A stretch of 64,000 nucleotides of DNA, taken from contig MU006103.1 in NCBI GenBank assembly GCA_010093705.1, positions 593,121-657,120 on the forward strand. The letters run 5' to 3'. This stretch comes from Patellaria atrata CBS 101060 (taxonomy: Eukaryota). Positions within the stretch are counted from its first letter, which is position 1. Each line of letters opens with the position of its first letter. This document shows positions 26,559 to 39,744 of the stretch, one piece after another. Under the pieces are notes generated by a model that worked only from the letters and a program-made list of their open reading frames with translations, ran no database searches and was not told the DNA's origin. The position numbers were made by a program, and so were the translations under genes.

Positions 26559-27500
26559 GACTACTAGATGTTACAATTTTGGTATACGAAATGCCACGAA
26601 CGGTAGATATATTCTCATTTTCCAACTAGTGCGAGCAAAGGAATGAGAATGGTTTAGCAGAGAAAATGATAAAAATTCTAACCCGCATGACTAATATTCA
26701 ACCAGTGTTTGCATGGCTAAATATCTTGAGTCGTACCTCACGAAGCCGTCAGTCATCGGTGAAAATAGTAGGAAAATTATTTCTATTCTAGAATATGCTC
26801 TTTATGTAACTGCCCACTTTCCTGTTCGTTGAGTTACTTGTTCAGATGAACATGTTTGCCCGATACAAGAAAGGATGTGAGCTTTGTTTTGACGGGTCGA
26901 TAAGGTGCTCTGGCCATCATTTAGATCCAATATCATCAGGTATAATCTTGTGTAGATGTTTCCTTAGTTTCGTTTTAAAACGTATGATTTTCGTCTATTG
27001 TATTTTAATGTTACATTCCAAAATCTAAATTCTCAGAACTCTCCAGGTTTTTTTGAGATAGACCGCAATACGACAAACACTCACTACGTCAAACCCTAAA
27101 TTCAAACTATAAACCCTTAAAGAATATGAAGGATAATACGGTAGACATTATTCTACTTCTATCAAAGTATTAGAGAAATATTACGTCCCACTAATTCTGA
27201 CACCCCATAGTGGATCTTCTATTTGCTCTCCATAGCCTCAAATCAGAGCGATTATAACTCTATTACTTGTCTTCGTTAGATTTCTTACTCCATTCCTTCG
27301 TCACATACCTGGAAGCTTCTATTCTACAAAAAATTCATTCATACAAAGTGATACAAAACTCCGGTCCTGAACGCGGTGTTACACCGTGAAATACCTTACA
27401 CAAGCAATTCAGAGAGCGCCTTTCTGCAGACATAAGCACTTATCTCCTGGGAGCAACACCTTTACATTGGTTTATACGAGCCTTGATTTATCTCTACACG

Positions 27501-28860
27501 ATGAAACTCACACCCGAATGGCAAGCTTTAGAGGTGAAATGGGGGCAGCGACCCAGCTTAAGCGGTACCGTTGAGGACTTTCGTACTGGATATGATCAAC
27601 TCAGTTTAGCTCTTGAGGCGCAGGAGAACACACCAGCGGATCCCTCTGTTCACGTCAGTAAGTCGCCGATGAAAAACACATCTCGTTCTTACATTTTCTA
27701 ATCACAAACGTAGGGGACGAGGTTCTACCAAGCGGCTTGACAATACGTATCTACGTGCCCGAGGAAGTTCACGAAAGAGGCCAAAAGCTACCTATCGGGG
27801 TATAGTAAGTGAAATATACAATACGTTGACCAATCAGTCTTCTAACTTCCGCTTTCAACTATCCAGTGCACACGCTGGGGGGTTTACCTGTGGTAGCCTT
27901 GATAATTACGGCGAAGATCGTGAGCCTATGTCCCGAGAAGATTTGAACGTTACCAACATAGGCATCTATAGGTCTTTGTCGCTATCTAGTACAGCATGCA
28001 CCATGTGTGCTCGCCTCCGTGGATTATCGACTCGCCCCTGAGCATCCAGTTCCGACACAGCTTCACGATTATCTAGAAGGATATGACTGGGTGAGTAGCC
28101 AGATATTGTCATATATCTTCCCCCAAGCATAAATTTCATCTCGCTGAGTGTATATACCTAGGTATGGGAACATGCGGAATCACTCGGCGGATCCAAGGAG
28201 ACCGTCTTCGCCATTGGCACATCCTGCGGTGGCGGACTCGCTCTCGGTGTCGCGCTGAAATACCTCGAATACGGCACCATGGCGGAGCGAGTCAAGGGGA
28301 TCATTTCCCTCGCTCCAACTACAATCCACCCCCATCACGTTCCGGAAGGGTTTAAGAGACACATTAAGTCGTGGGAGGAGAATAGAGATGCGCCCATTCT
28401 GAACTACGATTCCTACATCAACTTCACAGGTGCTGTTTCCCTGCGAACTTTGAGCATACTGAAACTAAAGATGGTAGAATAATACAGTAATCAACGGCAC
28501 GATAAACGAAAAGAAAAATCCGGACGTGCATCCGGCGCTTCACCGCCGGCTTGGAGAACTACCTCCCACCTACATCGTTACGTGTGGGGCGGACTTGGTT
28601 AGGGACGATGGCACGATCGTCAAAGCCGTCTTGGATCATGCAGGGTATGCTCTCCCTTTCCCTTATTTCTTGAAGGAAACAATATCCAGTGCTAATGATA
28701 ACGTCTCCGGGGGGATAGGGTACCTTGCAAACAAGACAATTACGAAGCTCTACCGCACTTGTTTTGGCTGTATCCCGAGATTCCGGAAGGTGCTGTGTTC
28801 AAAGCAAATACTGCTGCGGCGGTGAACTGGATTATGAAGGCGGGAAGTGTGAGACAATAA
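27501..28860 (+). CDS. Alpha/beta hydrolase (HSL / Abhydrolase_3 family esterase); multi-exon
   Basis: Spliced model gives YAHAGGF (oxyanion hole), VDYRLAPEHP, nucleophile G-T-S-C-G-G, LPPTYIVTCGADLVRDD and YEALPHLFW. Confidence 0.88.
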
Positions 28861-31157
28861 TGGAAGTGATTTCATAGAAGTAGAGAGGGGTCCCCTGGAG
28901 GGGTGTTTCAATTATCTCCTTTATTATCTCAGGGAGTCACGAATTCATGTGAAAAATAGAGTACTGGTAAAGCTTTCGCCAATAACCCTTAGAATTAGTA
29001 CTATAACCCCTTTTCCAGGAAACCTAGACGATACAGTCTTACTTTACTCTAACCTAATCCTCGTATCAAACCCAACATCTATGAACGTTCAAGTTGCCAC
29101 CAATTTCGATCCCGGAACTCGTCATATAAAACCCGCTACCCACATTCCCTCCCGGGTACCGCTCAAAAAATTCCAACAAGCGGTTTAGTAAATGGTTTAA
29201 GGAAGACTAGTCACCGTAACTTAACTGATAGAGGTCTTAATCTACCTTTCCTATAATTCACTCTACAAAACATACAGCACCTCCAAACGCTATTATGTAG
29301 AGAGTAACAATAGTGATTGTCTTAGCGTATAATTTAGATGGTATATAGATGGGAAAACAGATCAAAGTATGTTTACACATTCCACACTCATAAAAACCTA
29401 TAAACCAGCATTTGGGAGTGGCCTAGTTGTCTACATGTTTCTCGATATATATATGATTTCAGCTTTTAATACCTGATAAAACCGAGATTTAATTCCTATC
29501 CCGGGATCAATTTACAGTAATCACTTCCCCCTTTCCCTACTACTCGTACAAAAATGGCCGAGTTACACTTGGAGAAAGTGTACACCTTATCAATCACTTC
29601 GAATAATTTCTGGCCGGTGGCTGAATTGTTGTTCAAAGCTTGAATGGAGAAAGCTAAAATTGAGATACGAGAAGAGTAGGATAGACATATCCATTCGTCT
29701 CCATTATCTTAGATCTTGGCCTCTCAGCTATCTCCAGCCTCTAGATCTATACCAACCATGCGTTAAGTATCAATTCCAATACAAGGTACCGGTAACCTTA
29801 TCGATCCTTACACCGTTGTGTGGGGGTGGGGGGCTCTGGAGTTGGTTTACTTCTCCCGATGTAGGATGCCTATCATCGACGAATCTAGTGCAGCATTTCT
29901 AATCCCATGTCCCGTTTACTATTGCTTTTCCATCTTCCCGTTTGGTACCACTACCTTACCAACAACGAAGTCACTCACCATGGAGGATGCAGTTCTAGGC
30001 AATTCACGAACGCATACACATGCAGCGCTGTCGATGTAGTATTTGCTGAGGGTCCGCCATGCCAGATGCAGGGAACTTCAAATGTCATCCCGAGATTCCC
30101 CTATTGCCGGGCAATCCCCATGGCCGAGAAACATAAGTGAGTCTAATGAGTGTCCGCCACACCCATGGGGAACGAACTACGGTGGTAAACCATCCTCCCC
30201 ACAACTTTATTTCAACGTATGAAGCACTATGGTAAGGCTAAAGCATGCTAAAAAGTAACTGTGGGTGTAACAAACCTGATTGGGAAGGTGAAAGAAACAG
30301 ATCTTTCCTGTGGCGTCTGGTATTACCCACCTGCGTCATCTCACCCTAACGTCCCTCTAATATCATTCTTTCTTACCGTAAATCTTGTTTTCTCTTGTCG
30401 CTCAGGCTCGATTGTCACACAATCACCACGCCCGATCTGAATGAGATCTAAGGGACCGCTCTGTCCCAAACTTGAATTATGATACCGTTCTTACACACTT
30501 GCACGCTTCAGGATTCGGTGTAGTCCCGAAAGCTGGAGGGAGAAAGGAACGCATGTAGCAAATAATGGCGAAAGAGTCGAAAGTTGTCCGTTGGCATGCA
30601 CGACATGTCTCGGCAGACGAAGAATATGGCCCCGAGAACCGAGGAATGCGACCCCAGATGTCACAGCACGCAGGGATAGGTATGGAAATATACCTTTATC
30701 TACACCTGGCCACGAAAAAAGCTCGGCACCCCGAGTTAATGCAATTTTGCTGACTTTGCTTTCCATTTTCCCTGTATACCTTGTCCTTCCTAATAATGCT
30801 TGATAGAGGCTTGTCGCTGCCCTTTGTCTATCACCATTGCTAGCATGCATTGGTACAGTACATGCTTCAAATATCTTGGTCATGTTCCGCCGAATGTAGC
30901 ATTTAAGCGGACGAAGTCCAGTGGCGAGTTGCCTCCTCCGCATTCTAGACATATCATAGGCCTAGACGTAAGGCAGGGGGTTTCAATATACAAAAGTAGT
31001 TGCACTTGGATACTCGTGAACATTGTATCTGTTCTCATACCTACATACGACGTAGTAGAAACCAAAACACTGCGTTGTTCCTCAGTTCAAAATAAAGATT
31101 GTGGAATTTTCTTATTTCGAAATCGAAAAGAAATTGTGTTTGTTGTGTACTACAAAT

Positions 31158-32500
31158 ATGCCAAAAGCACCTAAGAAGTGGACTGCGGAGGAAGACCGAA
31201 TCTTGCATCAAGAAGTCATCGCAGCCGGTAAGACAGGCACTCAAAATCCTTCAGAAATCCATCGCGGCTTATGTGTGGCTTTTTTTTTGTTCTAGAGCTG
31301 AAAGTTCCTTTTAGGCGAGGACGGTCGACCAAGAAGTTGGACAGCTATTGCAGCTTGTCTACCAAACCGTACCAATAAGGATTGTCGTAAACGTTGGTGC
31401 AATCACCTTGTCGGAGGATTACGAAAGGGGCCATGGAGTGACGATGAAGATGAGAGACTGAGGAATTCAATTCAGAAACATGGCCAACAGTAAGATTTGA
31501 TTCATTGTTAAGGACCATAGTTAACAGAGGGTTAGGTGGCCGCTTGTCTCTGAAGACGTTAGAACAAGGAGTGGAGATCGTAAGCATATCTAAGCATTCA
31601 TCATTATTTAGCAACATAGCTAACACATAAGTATCTAGAGTGTGCAAAACGTTGGAATCAGGCCTTAGACCCTGCGATTGATCGCAGTAACTGGACGGAA
31701 GACGAAGTAAGTAGGTTAAACCAAACAATGAGGAAGATACTGACAAAAAGAATTAGCAAAGAACACTATTAAAAGCTGTGAGAGAGCATGGAAGGAGTTG
31801 GAAACAAATTCAAGAGCTATACTTTCCGGAGCGTGCGACAAACAATGTCAAAAATAGGTACAATTACGTTGAACGCTAAGTTTCCAGTGCTAATACCATA
31901 CGTAGATATACAACGTTGGCAAAAGGGGATAGATTAGGGGTAGACCAAACCCCGAGTGAAATATCCGAAAGTTCCTATAGTGGGACGGAAAGTAGCCCCT
32001 CCGATTACCTTCAATCTTTTGACATGTCAAGTGAATGTTTCTCAACCGATGCAGCGACATGTTTGGAGAATTCTGATCAGAGTTCGACCCACATACAGAG
32101 CCTTACCACAATACCAGATCCTCTCAATATGGATGAGGTTGACTTCGATTACCTCAATATCGATCCGTTTTTCATGGACTACATGCTTAAATCGATTCCC
32201 CAAGAATCCGACGTACCGAAATTGCAGCAGTGTCCAATATCAGATTTGGAGAAAGAATCAAACACAGGTTATGTTTTCGACAGTCCCATGGCGGATTCAG
32301 GCTACATGATAGGATTGGACCCATCGGAAACCGTAGTTCAAAATCATAATCTTTCCAATCCACACGCAATGGATAGCGCAGCCCTACAGAAATTTGTAAT
32401 TACTATCGATGAACCGAACCCAGAAATGGTGGGAGACATTATGGGCCTTCTGGTAACTCGAAAGGCGAGATTCAAATCGGAGATGCAGCAAGGTGGTTAG
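31158..32500 (+). CDS. Three-repeat Myb transcription factor, probable cluster regulator; 6 exons
   Basis: Spliced: KKWTAEED..SWTAIAACLPNRTNKDCRKRW; KGPWSDDEDERL..WPLVS..RSGDQCAKRW; NWTEDE..GRSWKQIQ..PERATNNVKNRY. Acidic C-terminal region. All five introns are GT..AG. Confidence 0.92.
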
Positions 32501-33703
32501 AAAAGCGGACGGTCAGGTCGTGTTCGAAACCCTGAACAAACAAGATCCTCTGTACACGCTTTTGCGACATTCTTTTGCGACATGCGCTCTTGCATGGCAC
32601 TCGTACTACACCCACACAACATAGATAATACATAATACTAGGTATAACTCTTCTTATCTTCGAGTAGAGTACTAATATCTTGAAAGTCGCCATATGGCCT
32701 GGTTGTTTCCAAATTCAAATCGCGATGTAACATAATTCTTGACCGATGATATCGTAAATATCGACGAGGTACGATGAAAACGGGCCGACTGTCCATCATA
32801 GGAAGTTGCCTGCATGGAGGAATTCGGGGTATCTTTGGATCAAGTCTCGAAATTTTGAAGGATCGTCAAGATGTTCTTCCAGCACGGGAATTCCGCGCAT
32901 TGTATCCTCCAGCACGGTAATCATCGCTTTGTGCATGGTAAGCTATGTCTTGCAGTACGGTAAGCTTCGCATTCAAGCACTGTAAGCATTGCATGCCTTG
33001 AGTGGGGTTGGGCATGCGGGCAAAGTCAATGATTGGGGTGGGTGTCTCCTGTACCGTAAAAAGATAGAAATAATGAACTTTCCAGAATATAGTAAGGCTG
33101 TGAATAGTGGAACTATTGAACTTTAGAAACTTCTCAGATGCTTTCTTTTACTTCATAGTTAAACAATGTTCAAACAACGTACCTGTCCCTTTGTCCTGTT
33201 CGACGATAAAAGCCCGGGAAAGAATAAACGTCGCCTGAAGTTGCCATGCTCTATCACGAGCAGCAGCTCACCCCGTGGCGTGCAGGCATCGGCGCATTTC
33301 TGGGTGGCCATATCAACAACGTGGGGTATTACTATCAGATTGGTACGCGGTTCACAATCCACTTCGTCCGCACTCACGGTGGCACACTTGAGATCTCTAA
33401 CATCACGCAGGAGATAGATTAAGAAAGCTGCGAAGTTTAGGTTGGGATGAACCGTTGATTTAAACTTGGCGCCTACTGCGGACCGGGCCGACTGCCTAAA
33501 ACCCTAAGGCACCTTATCTGGAACTTAGCAGGAACCGAGGGACACCAACCAAACCTTGTTCAAAGCTCTTCTATGCCGGAGAAGAATGTTCCTTTACACT
33601 GCCTCGGGCTGGTATTCGATCTAAGTGCATACAACCACCAAAATTCTCGAGCATTTCGGCGGAGAGAGGTAACAAATCCATCGTTGTTCGCAGGAACACC
33701 AAG

Positions 33704-33983
33704 TGTCAAGGCTCAACCTCAGATTGAAGCTGAAAGGTATATTGCTACATATACACGAAGCCTCAACTTAAGAAAAGAAAGTAAAAGAGAGTATCAGAAC
33801 AGCGTGAGCTGTTCTATTAAAGTACAACATGACTAAGCTACTGGATCATGCATGGAGCTTAAACTTAAGGAAGGAAAGTAAGAGAAAGTGCCAGAACAGC
33901 GTAAGTTGTTCTATTAAAGTATAGCATAGCTAAGCCGCTGGATCATCCAAGGCACTTATACCTATCGGGTCTAACCCGTGACA
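33704..33983. mobile_element. Solo LTR, copy 2, with an internal tandem duplication
   Basis: TGTCA...TGACA termini and the 5-bp direct repeat CCAAG (33699-33703 and 33984-33988). An internal block of about 95 bp (aacttaag..aaagta..cagaacagcgt..gttctattaaagta..taagc..ctggatcat) occurs twice. Confidence 0.88.
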
Positions 33984-34785
33984 CCAAGACCCAATTAAGG
34001 TATAGAACTAAGGAAGTTCTAGATAGAAATAACGCTAAGACCAAGTACATGGCAGGGAGAAATCTCACATTACCATCGAAGAGGTCATTTTCGCATGGTG
34101 AGTCCCTCAGAGATCTCCTACCTTGGATGAAAGGGGTCTAAAACGGGGGAACCATTTGAGCGCACTATATCCACATGAGAGAAGCCCGGTCCTTTTGACG
34201 CAGAGAACGCTACAGAAATACCTATAACAGATACTACACAAGATTCTTGAATACCGATTCCCACGAGCCTTTGTCTCTGCGTGTTCGCCCATCCATTCCC
34301 CATAATCCCATAGACCGGTAAACCGGTGGTGGCTGATGACTCTAAATTAGCGAAATCCCTGTAGGAAAGTCCTGAGTCCTAGATATAAAGCTGGAACAAT
34401 TTGCAAGATAACCCGTGGGTTCCCTCTATAGAAACATAAGCAAGAAGTTCGGGATATTGAGGAGAGAAATTTGTGGATATGGAAGCTAAGTGGAAATACA
34501 AGCACATCCTTCGTTCAAACTTAGCAATGAGAAAAGGCGATAAGGATATTGTGGTAAAGAGAGCTGGTTTTGACCTTGTTGGATCAGCCTCTTTTGTGCC
34601 GCGCGGAATTGAAAATTTGAGGGCTTGATAGGCATTTTGGAAACCCTTGGGCACTAAACCATCAGGTCACACAATCCATGATTGCAGATAGAAAGTGAGC
34701 TTAGAAGTTTAGTGAAACAGCATCATCTCCTAACCTTACATGGGACGTATAATGACGATTGAACCCTTCTAATTTCTCCCAATCA

Positions 34786-37639
34786 CTATGAAAGCAAGAA
34801 CGCGCCGAAGTAGCTCTCAAGAGCGTCTATGTCATCAGGAAGGGAGGAGGTACCGACCCAAAGGTCAGGACGCACAACCACGAGAGCGCCACTACTATGA
34901 TTGACACCATATGTAGTATGTGCATTTTCATCTGGTGCGCGGTCATCAAACACGACCGTGGCCGTCATTCGTAGTAAGTCTAACTCCACCTCGTCCATGA
35001 GACCGACAGTCTCATCAGGAAGGCAGTTGAGCACGACCACGATGTTAAAGAAAGAGGAACCACCATACCGATGGTAAAAACTCTTGGTATTTCCAAGTAC
35101 TTTCGCTGCGAATGACGAAACGTGCTGACGTACCTTTCCACGGAGGTTGGAGCCAAAGAGAACTAGATGGAAGAAACCTGCACCCTTCATCCTGTCATAC
35201 AGATATCCCGTCTCGTTTATTGAGAAACAAACACGAGGATTGGGCGCTCTAACACCGTTTTGGAGTTTAAGTGCACCGTGATCGGGTTGTATGGGAGAAG
35301 TGATTACCGATGGATCAAAAGGTGCTTCGATACCGAGTAAAAATTGGCCGTTTCTCCCGAAGAAGCTGCCTAGGAACTTTAGATCCAGGGCCTTGTCTTC
35401 ATCAAGGATGTTATGATCCCCGAAAGGTACATCGACGCCCAACATGGTTGTGCCGGTTCTATCAACGAATGTAGCCAGCTTTTTCAAGATTTCAGGAGTT
35501 AAAATCTCGTCTGGATTAAGGTTGGCCACGGTTGGGTTAATCTTGAAGCCCTTTTTGGGTTGAAAATGTCCATTCGCCAAGGAAGTACCATTGACGGGCG
35601 GGTGCCCGTTGACCGGTGGTGTACCATTTTCACTTGGGTGACTGACATCATCTCCTGACTCTTTGGCTTCCATGTCAGATACACCATTTCGTCTACTGTT
35701 TCCAATTGGGTTGCTAGTCCCATTCGATTCTTCGTTGTTGTTCTCCAACATTTCATTCGATGTACCATTTTCAGTTGGTTTGTTGACTCCGTTTGCCGAG
35801 TGTTCTGATTTCCTTTCAGATACACCATTACTTGACGCACCTTTGGCTGCTGGTATGGATGAGCCATCAGTCATCATCATAGCACCCTTTTCTGGATTCC
35901 TTAGATCGACAATCGGTAATGAAGTATTGCACACAAAGCGGAGGTATTCCCCGGAAACTTCGATGATGCGACAAGCTTGCTCGTGCCTCTCGTGGTGATA
36001 TGTTGGCATAATTGTATCGACAGATGCTTTTTCCTTACATACTAGGCCCATCTTCCAGGCCAGATTGCATGCATCCATGATAGAAGCGTTAAGACCGAAA
36101 GCGCCCATAACGCTATGAACGTGTCTGAGATAAAGAATAAGCTAAAAGATTCCGATATATTTGGGGACGGGGACTCACGCAGCATCCCCAACAAGATGTA
36201 CCCGTTGATCTTTCGATGAAAATGACCGTGCAACACGTTCGGAAACTGCATATTCTGTCAGCCTTTGTGCATTAGGCGTAGCTTTCTGTCATACTTTTCC
36301 AGATGGTAAACCAGCTCAAAGGAGCTCCAAACCTAACTTTGTAAGGTGCAAAAATCTTGTTTGTTTGCTCCAAAACCTCCTCGGGAGTGATAGAGTGAAT
36401 ACTGACTTTACCCCCAGTTTCAACAAAAGTTGGATCTCTAGCTTGACGGGATGCAGCAATGGGTCCTGTGTATGATACATCAAGTTGAGTGTATAACCTA
36501 TTCAGCTCGTCAGAGTGAGTAAGATTTTGGGGATAATTCGTGAACAATGGTACCTGATGTATCCGTCTTCCCTGGGGATAATTACACAACCACCGTGCTC
36601 AGAGCTAATTACTGACCTAACTTACTTTTAGTAGGGTTAATCCAGATTTGAGAATTGAACCAACCCGAAGTTCCAAGCATGAGGATAGTCAGTTTCATAT
36701 ATGCAGTCCATGATTCCCCAATAGATGTCGGTACTGATGCCATCAAAAGGGATCGCTAAACTTTTGCGAATCTTACTAGTCCCGCCATCACTTCCAACGA
36801 GAAACTTGGCACGGACTTCTTCTTCTTTCCCTGTACGTTGATTTTGAATTGTCACTCGCACTGGATGTGTGCCTCCGTCCTCCTCTACAGAGAAGTTGCT
36901 TAATGTCGAACTTCGCTCTACTAGCATCCGATGGCGAAGTAAATCACGGATATAGATGCGCTCGATTTGGCCTTGGGTTACAATATGTAGACCTCGATAC
37001 CTAGAATCGCTTTGATGGGATCGATTGAAGAATAATTTCTTACCGTCCTTATAAATTGCCGTGCGTTCAATCAGTGGTCCCTCTTCATGTACCTCTTGGG
37101 CCAGACCCCATGAGTTCAAAATCTCTAAAAACCGAGGTTGAACTCCATCCGCGCGACCAGCGATGAGAGGACCTTCGGCTTTATCTATAGAACGATCAGT
37201 ATATGTTCTAAACAAAAAAGATACGTCTGGGTTAGGCACCTACCAATTATGCGAAACGAGACACCTTGTCTGACCAAACTAAGAGCTACTTCAAGTCCAC
37301 TAGGTCCAGCTATCTCCCGTCAGTACTGGAAGGGTCCATTAGCATTACATTCCACGCAACTAACGTACCTCCGCAAATCACGACGTCGACTTCCTTCGAC
37401 GGATTCCACCATTCAGGAACGCCATGGGGATCGTTAGTACCATCGTAAATCGTTGGCCAAGTGCGTAGAAGGTTAATTCCAAACTCATTGTGGCCCTCTG
37501 AAGTCACTATTTCCTTCCATGGCGGACATACATAGGAATCGTCATCTTCTTCATCTGTCAATTCACGCGCCCAAGGTGTACCCGCAGCGATCTCTCGGTA
37601 ACCCCTCTCGTAGGTGAAAGCTTGCGTAGATTTAGCCAT
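34786..37639 (-). CDS. FAD-dependent monooxygenase, phenol 2-monooxygenase-like, with C-terminal thioredoxin-like domain; multi-exon
   Basis: VDVVICG|AGPSG (GxGxxG), GRADGVQPRFLEIL, LVGSDGG, LVGDAAHVHSVMGAFGLN..DACNLAWK, C-terminal VVVRPDLWVG. Confidence 0.92.
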
Positions 37640-37952
37640 GACAGCGCTTTGTTATTCAGACCGTAGTTTACTACCTGTATTTATCTATACTTTTCATGCA
37701 ATGTCCATCGCATGTGGAAGCGCCACCAGTGCGAGCTGCGAAACTCCGGTCCTTCGCGGCACTCCGCCCTATGGAATCGACTCAAGGAGAATAAGATGTA
37801 AACTGAACTCGGTCGGAACCCTGGGTCATTTCCCCGAGATTGACATTTGAAATAAAAAAAAGGGCGATAAAGCGTCGAGATCCCCATGATTGAAATTGTG
37901 ACCATGTGTTGATAGATAGCAGCACGTATCTTTGCACCTTAGACTGATTACC

Positions 37953-39744
37953 ATGGACTCCCAGAACGCGAAAACTCTCGCTGATCTCGGTCACCTCATT
38001 GCAGCATCGTTGAAGGTCCTTGATGGCCTTACGAAGCCCTCCAGTTTCGACCAGGAACTGAATGGTCGTGAGGTTACCCATAGCGACACTCCAAAAGGTA
38101 TTAACAAACACACACCAAACGGAAATGGAGAACACGACGACTCATCAAGCGGAACATTGAAACAAATTGAAAAGTCTTCACAACTCGGATCTGAAGAGTT
38201 TCCCACCAAAGAGATTTTTGATGTGCAAAGAAATCTTTTAGCTGCGGCCGGAAAACTTACGGAACTCGTTAGCTCGCCAAGCAATCGACTGCTTGAAGTT
38301 TCATCACAATATTTTGAGGCGCGTGCTCTTCACGTTGTCGTTGACAAACGTGTTGCAGACATTCTCAATGCCGCCCATGGAGGGTGTATGGGTATCGAGA
38401 CGCTGGCGACAAGAGTCGGCATAGAACCAGGCAAATTATGTACGTCTCAACATTGATAACATCCTCCACTTCGTCAAATAGTGCTGACAATAATTACAAG
38501 CGCGCATTATGCGATGCCTTTGTTCAATTCACATTTTCAATGAACCTACAGCCAACTCCTTCGCTAATAACAGGATATCGGCTGCGCTTATTCATAATGA
38601 GCCACTTCGCGCCTATGTGATGCTCTTGTATGTCACCTGCATACCTCACTAGTTGCAGTTTTAAAGGATTCGAGGCTGATTCTTGTAGTGCTTTGGACCT
38701 TTACAGCGCGTCAGATCATCTTCCTCGATATTTGAGCGATGAGAGCACAGGAAAGTCTTATGATGTGCAAAAAACCCCATTTCAATCTGCTGTCAACACT
38801 ACCAAACCTCGGTGGGAATGGCTAGAAGAGAAAGTACCCGTGAAAACCATACTTGACGGTAATTGTGGCTCCTATGGCGCGTTCAGCGAATATCCCGGCC
38901 CGTTCGGGGATGAGCTAAAGCAGGCCGTGGATGGGAAATCCGATGATGAGCTTATCAGTCGACCCGAACATAAAATATTCGGCATGGCAATGCTCGGTGG
39001 TGGACGCGTTTTTGGCACGGCGCATCTCTACGGTTCGTACCTCTACCATCAATTCCTCCTTCTTTCATAAAATGTGCTAAACTATCCTAGATTTTCCGTG
39101 GGCCGATCTAGGGAACGGAACGATCGTTGACGTGGGCGGTGGGGTTGGTACGTAAATCTCACACAAAGTTTTTTCAGTGCCCACAAATTCTAACATCATC
39201 TCAAGGTGGTTTCTGTCTACAACTTTCCCAAATTTACCCAGACTTGAACTTTGTGGTCCAGGATCGCGCTCCTGTGCTCGAACAAGCCAAGAACACCATC
39301 TGGCCCCGTGAGAACCCAGAAGCTCTGGATCGAGGGAGAGTAACATTCACCCCCCATAACTTTTTCGAATCTAACCCCGTCAAGAATGCTGATGTATACT
39401 GGCTCCGGTACATCATCCATGACTGGTCCGATGACTATTGCGTGGAAATCCTATCCGCGATCCGCGAAAGTATGGGTAGCAACTCCCGCATTCTGATTTG
39501 CGATCAAGTTATGAATACAACTTTGGGTTCCCCCGAGCTAGAACCAGCACCAGCACCCCTACCAGCTAATTGGGGTTATTACACGAGATACTCGCATCAG
39601 CGGGATTTAGCTATGATGAGTATCATCAACGGTATTGAAAGGACTCCAAGCCAATTTGTGAACATCATTGAGCGGGCTGGCTTGCGACTACGGAAGATTT
39701 GGGATTGTCGAAGCCAGGTTTCCATCGTTGAAGTCGTTTTGTGA
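37953..39744 (+). CDS. SAM-dependent O-methyltransferase (Methyltransf_2 type); multi-exon
   Basis: IVDVGGGVG SAM motif, FVVQDR, HNFF, WLRYIIHDWSDD (catalytic His), RILICDQV, NGIERT. Confidence 0.93.

Noticed and set aside
29660..31174. Several 60-150 aa ORFs upstream of the Myb gene
   Set aside because: Overlapping on both strands with no domain signature or coherent splice model.
18601..33983. A single composite LTR element carrying five cluster genes
   Set aside because: Each LTR has its own distinct intact TSD, and no gag/pol remnants are seen between them.
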